Source: a virus
Direction: 5' to 3' (one strand)
DNA: 64,000 nucleotides
IMG/VR virus record: IMGVR_UViG_3300043540_000091
Coordinates: 74,679-138,678 of that record
The notes beneath the pieces were generated by a model, which did no database searches, was not told the DNA's origin, and saw nothing but the letters and a program-made list of their open reading frames with translations. Below, in pieces: positions 57,440 to 64,000 of this stretch (position 1 is its first letter; each line of letters starts with the position of its first letter). A program made the translations under genes and the position numbers.

Positions 57440-58120
57440 ATGGTTCATTCCAAGAAGGTTTTCGACAAGGTACTGCTGCTGAACTACGATTCCTCTGAGA
57501 CTGCTGCTCGCGCGTTCTGCCGAGTTCAGGAGCATTACGAGTCATCGTCCAGCCAGTTCAAGGGCAAGGTCTTCACGTTGAGAGAGTTTCGCGAGTGGTA
57601 CACTGATCAGTATGGACAATGGTCGTACTACAAGGACTGGCAAGGATTCAACGTGCCGTGCAAGATGTTCAGGCCGTTCATCCTTGGCTCGTTTGATCCG
57701 CTTCTGCCAGAAGAGCAGGAGCTGGTCGAGATGGTCAGGTACCTAGATCCTGAGTACTACGTCATCGCCACTGGACCTGACGCTGACGAGGACGTGATCG
57801 AGCACGAGATCGCACACGCCCTGTACGCTACCGACCATGAGTATCGGACCAACGTCGAGCGCATCTTCGACGAGTTCCACAATGACGTATTCTCCAAGGT
57901 CTACGGAGACGATCCGCCGTCGCTAACTCCGCTTATGGACAAGTTGAAGTCGATGGGTTACAATGACTCTGTCATCCATGACGAATGCCACGCTTACATG
58001 GCCGCGTCTCAGGGATGGTTGAGAAAGCAAGACTTACGGCTACCGTGGGAGCTTGCCAGCAGACTTCGTTCAAACCTACTTCGGAGGATCGAGCGTGAGC
58101 AAGATAAAGCTTCTAAATAG
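57440..58120 (+). CDS. Zincin-like metallopeptidase domain protein
   Basis: IEHEIAHALY and downstream DECHAY; start moved to ATG 57440. Confidence 0.6.
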   Translation: MVHSKKVFDKVLLLNYDSSETAARAFCRVQEHYESSSSQFKGKVFTLREFREWYTDQYGQWSYYKDWQGFNVPCKMFRPFILGSFDPLLPEEQELVEMVRYLDPEYYVIATGPDADEDVIEHEIAHALYATDHEYRTNVERIFDEFHNDVFSKVYGDDPPSLTPLMDKLKSMGYNDSVIHDECHAYMAASQGWLRKQDLRLPWELASRLRSNLLRRIEREQDKASK

Positions 58121-58652
58121 TCTGATCGTATGCCTATTGGGTACGATCGTATGCTTTGGGCATACGTCTCGCGCGGACCAGGCCGAGGTACTCGGCGGAT
58201 CTCTAACGCAGCATCTCATAGTCATGGGCGGCGCTTCCAAGGCGTTTGCTCACAAGGTATCGAACGATGGGACGCTCATCGCTAACCCGCTCGGCGCATA
58301 CCGTCTCATCAAGAACGAGGATGGCGGCTGGTACGAGTCGAGAGGCTTGTTCGGAGGAGAGAACTCCATCGGCGAAGCCATGGTTGGCGGCATGGCATCG
58401 CAGGGCTTCGAGTTCAGTCACATGCGACTTGGCATCGCTGCTGGCGGATACTTTCAGGATAACCAGAAATTCCGAGACCGCAACGTCGAGCCGTTCTCGA
58501 TAAACCTTGGCAGTCGGTACGGCCTCACACCTCTTCTTGGCGTCGAGTTCCAGATAAACATGCCGATCAGCGGTAGTACCTACCTGACGATCTACAACCT
58601 CGTGACGCCGATCCTAACCAATACCACGATAGGACTCGGATGGAGCTTGTAA
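58095..58652 (+). CDS. Small outer-membrane beta-barrel-like protein
   Basis: Signal peptide, amphipathic strands, ends IGLGWSL. Confidence 0.55.
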   Translation: MSKIKLLNSLIVCLLGTIVCFGHTSRADQAEVLGGSLTQHLIVMGGASKAFAHKVSNDGTLIANPLGAYRLIKNEDGGWYESRGLFGGENSIGEAMVGGMASQGFEFSHMRLGIAAGGYFQDNQKFRDRNVEPFSINLGSRYGLTPLLGVEFQINMPISGSTYLTIYNLVTPILTNTTIGLGWSL

Positions 58653-58957
58653 CTGCCAAGTGGCTTCTGTGGTTCTCGGCGCTGACCAACGTGATCCTGA
58701 TCGCCATGGTCACGCTTCAGACGAGCTACATAACCGACCATATAGTATGGGACATCGACAAGGTTCGATCTACTCACCTGAACGAGGTATCCTACTGGTA
58801 CAAGAAGGGCTGCGTGGCCGGTACGAAGTATCCAGAAGATCTTCGCAACATACCTCAGAACGCCTGGAACCCAAACAATCCAACGGTATGGTGTGACGGT
58901 GACAGCCGCATATACGAGGAAGATTTCATGAGGTCGGCATGGAAGCTCGGAAGATAG
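58640..58957 (+). CDS. Membrane-anchored hypothetical protein
   Basis: N-terminal TM; GC...WC pattern as in 15327 ORF. Confidence 0.55.
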   Translation: MELVTAKWLLWFSALTNVILIAMVTLQTSYITDHIVWDIDKVRSTHLNEVSYWYKKGCVAGTKYPEDLRNIPQNAWNPNNPTVWCDGDSRIYEEDFMRSAWKLGR

Positions 58958-59226
58958 AACTTAAGATCGGCGGCTTCTACGTTATCGGCAACTATCCAGA
59001 AGCTGGAGATCAATGGGTAGAGACTGAACCTTTCGACAGTAACAGAGATGGGTTCGCGCAGGTTGATCATCTTGGCCTAGTTGATAAGCACGATCTTGGG
59101 TTCTGGTGCGTCGCGCAGCTTCAGTCTGATGGAAGTTTCCTGTTGAAAGAACTCTATGAACCTGAGAGAATACTTTCTGTAAGAGCAGACTTATCACAAG
59201 GAGTAATTATCAATGGCAGCTGCTAA
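58939..59226 (+). CDS. Hypothetical protein
   Basis: SD GAGGT. Confidence 0.5.
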   Translation: MEARKIELKIGGFYVIGNYPEAGDQWVETEPFDSNRDGFAQVDHLGLVDKHDLGFWCVAQLQSDGSFLLKELYEPERILSVRADLSQGVIINGSC

Positions 59227-59431
59227 AGCAGATCCGTTTGGCCCTATCCGCGACCGCATCCAACGTCTGACGATCCACCTCGAGAAGGTGAAGAACCAGC
59301 TCAGCAGCGGCACGATACCCTCGCGCCACGCGAACAAGGTCGCAGCCTACAAGGAGTTCTTGAAGCTGGAGATCAAGCGCACGTCGGCCAAGCTCGAAGA
59401 ACTCAAGCTGACGCTTCCGGCGGCAAAGTGA
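59213..59431 (+). CDS. Small basic coiled-coil protein
   Basis: SD AGGAG. Confidence 0.6.
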   Translation: MAAAKADPFGPIRDRIQRLTIHLEKVKNQLSSGTIPSRHANKVAAYKEFLKLEIKRTSAKLEELKLTLPAAK

Positions 59432-59688
59432 CGTTCGGAGATCTCATCAACGCGCTCTACGAAGGTGGAGCGTCGTTCGCAATTCTGAACCACTGCCACG
59501 TACTGAACCGCCAGAAGAAGGTTCATGGCATGTCGATCGCTTCGATAGTGTTCTTCACGTCGTGGGGATTCTGGAACATGTACTACTACCACTCGCTTGG
59601 TCAGACGTTCAGCTGGCTCGCAGGCTTCACGGTGTGCGCGGCGAACTGTTACTACGTCTACCTTCTTCTCAAGTACAAGGGTAACTGA
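59428..59688 (+). CDS. PQ-loop/SemiSWEET-like 3-TM protein
   Basis: 86 aa, three TMs, KKVHGMS, conserved W and N positions. Confidence 0.6.
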   Translation: MTFGDLINALYEGGASFAILNHCHVLNRQKKVHGMSIASIVFFTSWGFWNMYYYHSLGQTFSWLAGFTVCAANCYYVYLLLKYKGN

Positions 59689-60068
59689 TGAACTGGCCTT
59701 ATGACTACATCATCATGTCCATGTTGATCGGCGTGATGTGCTTAGCCCTAGCATGGATCGCATGGGATACCGATAGGAATCTCAAGGCTAAGTATTCCGA
59801 CTCCGACGTGGACAAGTTCCTGCGTGACAACGAAGGCCTGATGAACGATCTGGCGTCAGGAGAGATGCCTCTGGACTCAGTGTGGATTCTGTCATATGAG
59901 GTCTACGTGGATAGACCGGTTGGAGGCGGATGGATTCGCGTACGCGAAGGAATCTTATTAGATGGGCCTACCGCCTACACTGCCTTCGAGAAGCTGACGA
60001 AAAGAATCGAAGAGAATCCGCTGTACATGCGCTCAGCGATGTGCGAAAGGGCGAAGGTGATCCGGTGA
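59688..60068 (+). CDS. Membrane-anchored hypothetical protein
   Basis: N-terminal TM; TGATG overlap. Confidence 0.55.
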   Translation: MNWPYDYIIMSMLIGVMCLALAWIAWDTDRNLKAKYSDSDVDKFLRDNEGLMNDLASGEMPLDSVWILSYEVYVDRPVGGGWIRVREGILLDGPTAYTAFEKLTKRIEENPLYMRSAMCERAKVIR

Positions 60069-60559
60069 ACGAACTTGAAGTCAAGACTGTTGTTCTTAAG
60101 AGCTGGGAGCAGGAGCTACGCGAATGGTACGCAGCGAATCCGCCTAACGGCAAGCTGGTTTATCACTACTGCGAGCGCATGACGGCGTGCAGCACTCAGA
60201 TGGAAGCTGACCTGTTCAACGAGATCTATCAGAAGCTGACCGGCCCTGCGTCTAAGATCAAGGCCGTAAAGCTCGAGATCACTTTCGGCGAGACGATGTG
60301 CAAGCCGACGGACCAGTTCGTTAAAGAGCTTGGCCGTATGGAAGCCTACCGCCGGTCTAAGCCTATCGTGCTGTGGGTCCGAGAAGTCCACGTCTTCGAC
60401 GGGCTGATCAAGCTCACCGCGTACGAGGATGCGACTTCATACGCAGGTATCAGCATCGAGTTCACCAAGTGGCAGGACTCGAATAAGGTCCGCAGTCTCC
60501 TCAGAGGGCTACCGTCTCGGTTTGGAGAGATTAAATGTAGGAATCAGTTCTGGCGATGA
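60065..60559 (+). CDS. Hypothetical protein
   Basis: GTGA-coupled start at 60065. Confidence 0.6.
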   Translation: MNELEVKTVVLKSWEQELREWYAANPPNGKLVYHYCERMTACSTQMEADLFNEIYQKLTGPASKIKAVKLEITFGETMCKPTDQFVKELGRMEAYRRSKPIVLWVREVHVFDGLIKLTAYEDATSYAGISIEFTKWQDSNKVRSLLRGLPSRFGEIKCRNQFWR

Positions 60560-60822
60560 AGTCGAAGTGGTCTGCAGCCGAAGCAAAGAGGATGATCACC
60601 GATGCGGAGAAGTCTCTCAAGGACTTTCATCCACAGACCAGGCAGGCTCTCAAGATAATCTTCATGAACGTGCAGGAGGGACTGCGCGTCAGCTATCACG
60701 GCTTCCCGATCTCGTGCGAGAAGGTAGTAGCTAAGGAGCTTCGTGGATTAGGGTACGAAGTCATCAGCCATAAGACTCACGTCGGATATGATCTTATCAA
60801 GTATGAGGTCAGGGTAGTATGA
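60556..60822 (+). CDS. Hypothetical protein
   Basis: ATGA-coupled. Confidence 0.55.
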   Translation: MKSKWSAAEAKRMITDAEKSLKDFHPQTRQALKIIFMNVQEGLRVSYHGFPISCEKVVAKELRGLGYEVISHKTHVGYDLIKYEVRVV

Positions 60823-61157
60823 CGGACGGGACCGGCAACGTAACTATCCCTATTGGGGATACTGATGCAACGATAGAATTCTTTGAGACTGTCGACCCGA
60901 TCGTAGATGCGTGGTTCAAGTATCGAGGCAGAGTGTCTCCGCGCAGGTTCCGCAACATCGTCAAGATGCGCATGAGGAACCTCTACCGCGCGTGCAAGCT
61001 AGACCCGGCGTGGTACAATCCTATCCTAAGCAAGTTCGATGACGCCGCCTGCAAGCGATATGTCGAAGAAGCTCTTCAGCCTGGCTACCGGTTAATGGTG
61101 CCGAATGATCAGCACTTCGGGCAGCTCGGGGAAGAGTCCGGACCGTTCGATCGGTAG
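60819..61157 (+). CDS. Hypothetical protein
   Basis: ATGA-coupled. Confidence 0.55.
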   Translation: MTDGTGNVTIPIGDTDATIEFFETVDPIVDAWFKYRGRVSPRRFRNIVKMRMRNLYRACKLDPAWYNPILSKFDDAACKRYVEEALQPGYRLMVPNDQHFGQLGEESGPFDR

Positions 61158-61225
61158 ATCGTATCGGATTGGAACGTACCTTTTCCGCGCGACGCGTATA
61201 TGCGTTATTACCTCTCATAAATCGC

Positions 61226-61268
61226 AGATTAGGTATTAGTTGACCGATTTAGTCAACTTTGCTAGACT
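61226..61268. promoter_or_regulatory. CCTAATCT (minus, copy 7) back-to-back with sigma70-type promoter (plus)
   Basis: TTGACC-N17-TAGACT; inverted repeat AGTTGAC-N7-GTCAACT over the -35. Confidence 0.6.
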
Positions 61269-61277
61269 TAAGTAGAG

Positions 61278-61511
61278 GTGCGTATGTTGGAAGCAGTAAT
61301 CTTAAACGAAAATGAAGCGATCATCTTCTCTGACCGCCGCCAGCTGAGACTGTGCGTCGACAACGGCAATGTCCGTGAATTGGTACTCTACATGATGATG
61401 CCGAATGATGTGAATCCGGACATCAAGAATCCGGCAGCTTATGCGAAGGCCGCCGTTGGAATGTCTGAAGATACAGTCGAGATCGATCTCAACCTTGAAG
61501 AGTCGGCCTAG
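61278..61511 (+). CDS. Hypothetical protein
   Basis: Downstream of promoter; start may be ATG 61284. Confidence 0.55.
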   Translation: MRMLEAVILNENEAIIFSDRRQLRLCVDNGNVRELVLYMMMPNDVNPDIKNPAAYAKAAVGMSEDTVEIDLNLEESA

Positions 61512-61795
61512 TCCTCGCAGACGATCTCGATACTACCGGCTGATGTGTTGAATTCTTTGATGATCTTCCTCGCCTGCAGAGCTACTTCAGCTGGAATAGC
61601 CGTAGCATCTTCGTTACGCACGATCTTACGTCCGATCTCCATGATAAACCGACCGTACGTGTGCTTATCGAGCACGATCTTCTTCGGAGGGCTGCACATC
61701 TTCAGCATCAAGGCTACGCTGAATTCTTCGATCAGCTCTTGAATGGATTTATCTTTGACACCATACGTTTCGAACAGATCGTCTGATTGATTCAC
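61508..61795 (-). CDS. Hypothetical protein
   Basis: GTGA-coupled. Confidence 0.55.
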   Translation of the reverse strand: MNQSDDLFETYGVKDKSIQELIEEFSVALMLKMCSPPKKIVLDKHTYGRFIMEIGRKIVRNEDATAIPAEVALQARKIIKEFNTSAGSIEIVCED

Positions 61796-62085
61796 AGCTT
61801 CTTCATCTCCACATTATGGTTTGAGGGAAGGGCGAGCACGATGAACTCGACCTTTGGGAACTTACCTTTAAGGGCCTTCTTAAACTGAACGACTGTTGCT
61901 TCATCGAACTCGTCGCCGATCATCTTGACCATGTAGACGTCGCCGTCCTTGATCTCGGTCTTGGCTAGCTCGACGTTGATACCCTTCTCGAGTTCATCGA
62001 GGCGGTGCGCGACAGCTTCATTGATTGCTGCGGCGGCCTGCTCTTTAGAGTCAGCTGCATTGGATACTGAGAACTTCTTGTTCAT
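61792..62085 (-). CDS. Hypothetical protein (related to 6273/41406)
   Basis: SD GGAGG; TGGTATGAT at 62109-62101. Confidence 0.6.
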   Translation of the reverse strand: MNKKFSVSNAADSKEQAAAAINEAVAHRLDELEKGINVELAKTEIKDGDVYMVKMIGDEFDEATVVQFKKALKGKFPKVEFIVLALPSNHNVEMKKL

Positions 62086-62120
62086 GTGACCTCCATCTGG
62101 ATCATACCACAGTTTGTGAA

Positions 62121-62180
62121 TTGTAAAGAATTGGATAAATTCGTAAAGATTTGCGTAATTTTGAACAATTTTGAATGATC
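62121..62180. repeat. 10-bp-phased AT-rich degenerate tandem repeat
   Basis: ttgtaaagaa|ttggataaat|tcgtaaagat|ttgcgtaatt|ttgaacaatt|ttgaatgatc. Confidence 0.7.
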
Positions 62181-62181
62181 T

Positions 62182-62376
62182 TTAATCTTTCTTATCGAGA
62201 TCGATGCCATAGAACCTAGCCAAACGTCTGTTCTTCTCGCGCTTGTACCCGCGCCGCGCTTCCAGGTTACGCTGGATACGGTCAGTATCCTGAAGGTTCT
62301 TGTAGGCCATATGAATGCCCATTGCGATAGATATGGCAAGGCAGGATATGGCGACGACGAAGTTCCAGTCAATCAT
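62182..62376 (-). CDS. Small membrane protein
   Basis: N-terminal TM, basic tail; ATGA-coupled. Confidence 0.55.
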   Translation of the reverse strand: MIDWNFVVAISCLAISIAMGIHMAYKNLQDTDRIQRNLEARRGYKREKNRRLARFYGIDLDKKD

Positions 62377-64000
62377 ACCGCTTTAGGTCTCTTAAGATAC
62401 TTGCGCCGCAATGCGTCAGCCAGCTTAGATGCCGGTGTTGTACCTTTGTTTCGCACGTTGATCATGTTATGGACGTCCGCAGTCGGTTCACCGCGATGAG
62501 CTTTGACTTCTCCGATCGTAGCCCTAGGCGACTTGTGGTCATGAGCGACTATGACCTCGTTCTCGTTAGAAAACTTCGATGGACCTTTTCTGTCGAATGA
62601 TTCTAGAAAGTCACCATCATCTGAGTAGTTTGGAGCAGACTGTTTTCCTACCATCTTAGGCATAGTGAGGATGTGGCGTTCTGGGATCCAGGCGGCGACC
62701 GGCTCATGTCCAGCGCCAGTGTAGTCTGACGCAAACCCTCTAGCTACATGATAGTCTGGAGTCCATGATGTATTCTGTCTGTGACCACTCTCAACGTGGT
62801 GTTCTTTCAGAGACTTTACACGCTCGTCGTCGTCCATTCCTCGGAATATAAGGTACATGTTCTCGCCAGTCTCTGGATGACGCTTTACTTTAGTCTTTGC
62901 GGACAGACGGTTTAGCATGCGCTGACGGCCAGGGCCAGTCAGGGAATGTAGCTGCTCGCGGTATTCCCGCGCCGCATCTTTACCTTCTTCCATGTTCTCG
63001 TAGTCTTCCAGCTTACCTTGATGTTGCCATACGCCAAGGTCAGAGCGTTGCGAAGATGGAACGTCTGTCGGCTTGAACGGAAACAATCTTTGATTGACGC
63101 CCTTCTCGAGTTCTGACTTCAGCATCTTCGGGCGCTTGAACCCACCGCGAAACAACTTGGCGATCTCAGCCTGAGTGTAGACCTTGACGGGGTTCGCCTT
63201 AGACTTGCGCCTAGCTTCAGCTGCGATCGACGTAGCCTGCTGGCTCGCGCTAGGCTTGGTCGAGTGAACGGCCTTGTTCGGGCCGACGTTTACCGTGTCA
63301 GAGGTTCTACCCATCTTACGACGAGCATTGTCGTTCTGATTGTACAGTCCCATGCCGGACGGACCGTACGGAGACTTTATAAGCTCGGACTTAGCCATTC
63401 GCGCACGCATCGACTTCTTCCATTGATCCATCGCGATCTCTCGCGCGATGCCAGGCTTGCTGGTATGCTCTCGCTCTACGCTAGTCCCTTGCTTGAGAGC
63501 TTTACGATCGAAGTCAGACGGCTTCTTCTTATCTGCCAGACCGCCCTTGATCTTGTCTTTATACTCGGAACGCTGAAAGTCAACTCCAGCATCAGGTTCT
63601 TTAGGAGTACCATGATTAGAGGCTACTTGCAGGCCATTCTGAGCGGTCTGCTCATACTTACCGAACGGCCTGCCTTTCTGTGCCCACAGTGCGCGACCGG
63701 CATCGCTGCGGTCGTCTATCATGCGTCCGTTTATCTGGCGCTTGCTGCGAACAAAGACCTTGCCGCTGTTAGCTTCTGCATGTTGATACATTGCCGTAGC
63801 AAGCCCTCTCCGGCGATGGTCTGGATGAACGTGAACGCTGAACGCTTCTATGTTAGGATAATTAGGATGAACCGTACCGGTCGTAAGATTGCCAACTTCC
63901 TTGCCAGTCGAATCCTGGGCTTTAACTCGCATCACTTGACCAGTGCCGGATTCATTAGGACCCATCGTGTGGGATATCTTGTATCCTTGGGAAATGGGGG
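62373..64000 (-). CDS. Multidomain protein: GNAT + truncated DUF5661-like + ADP-ribosyltransferase (5' end beyond window)
   Basis: VHPDHRRRGLATAMY; GGLADKK.PSDFD...G..VEREHT...AREIAMD; IFRG...TSWT...ENEVIV; frame open to window end. Confidence 0.7.
   Translation of the reverse strand, partial: PISQGYKISHTMGPNESGTGQVMRVKAQDSTGKEVGNLTTGTVHPNYPNIEAFSVHVHPDHRRRGLATAMYQHAEANSGKVFVRSKRQINGRMIDDRSDAGRALWAQKGRPFGKYEQTAQNGLQVASNHGTPKEPDAGVDFQRSEYKDKIKGGLADKKKPSDFDRKALKQGTSVEREHTSKPGIAREIAMDQWKKSMRARMAKSELIKSPYGPSGMGLYNQNDNARRKMGRTSDTVNVGPNKAVHSTKPSASQQATSIAAEARRKSKANPVKVYTQAEIAKLFRGGFKRPKMLKSELEKGVNQRLFPFKPTDVPSSQRSDLGVWQHQGKLEDYENMEEGKDAAREYREQLHSLTGPGRQRMLNRLSAKTKVKRHPETGENMYLIFRGMDDDERVKSLKEHHVESGHRQNTSWTPDYHVARGFASDYTGAGHEPVAAWIPERHILTMPKMVGKQSAPNYSDDGDFLESFDRKGPSKFSNENEVIVAHDHKSPRATIGEVKAHRGEPTADVHNMINVRNKGTTPASKLADALRRKYLKRPKAV

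Noticed and set aside
35457-61511. Intrinsic terminators at convergent junctions
   Set aside because: Convergent genes overlap at their ends (35457-35466, 39453-39475, 43314-43317, 61508-61511) and no clear hairpin plus U-tract was seen.
1-64000. tRNA, rRNA, tmRNA or CRISPR array
   Set aside because: No cloverleaf or repeat-spacer pattern seen by eye and intergenic space is minimal; a covariance search was not possible.
1-64000. Stop-codon reassignment
   Set aside because: Conserved genes are full length in the standard code and TAA, TAG and TGA all end genes.

Overview
This window is part of a large tailed dsDNA phage genome, probably with a Gram-negative host. It is densely coded in the standard genetic code; I saw no tRNA, rRNA or CRISPR array. 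1-11.5 kb (minus strand): GIY-YIG endonuclease, head morphogenesis protein, portal, large and probable small terminase, Mre11/SbcD nuclease, GroES-like protein, sigma-70-family factor and SF2 helicase. About 11.6-12.2 kb: a strand switch with a short initiator gene, iterons and an AT-rich tract (probable origin). 12-43 kb (mostly plus): replication/recombination genes (DnaB-like helicase, SbcC, RuvC-like resolvase, DnaE, SSB, UvsY-like, RecA, primase, dNMP kinase) plus GroEL, peptide deformylase, methionine aminopeptidase, two exported serine proteases, an M15 endolysin and a PLP enzyme closely resembling plant TAA1/alliinase. 43.3-54.1 kb (minus): fibre and tail-collar genes with duplicated and collapsed cassettes. 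54.3-61.5 kb: small early-type genes. The window ends in a 5'-truncated GNAT + DUF5661-like + ADP-ribosyltransferase protein. Regulatory signals read from the DNA: a candidate late promoter CCTAATCT (7 copies seen), an extended -10 TGGTATnRT (10 copies), several apparently leaderless genes, and two genes that appear to start at CTG. All protein assignments come from motif recognition by eye, not database searches.
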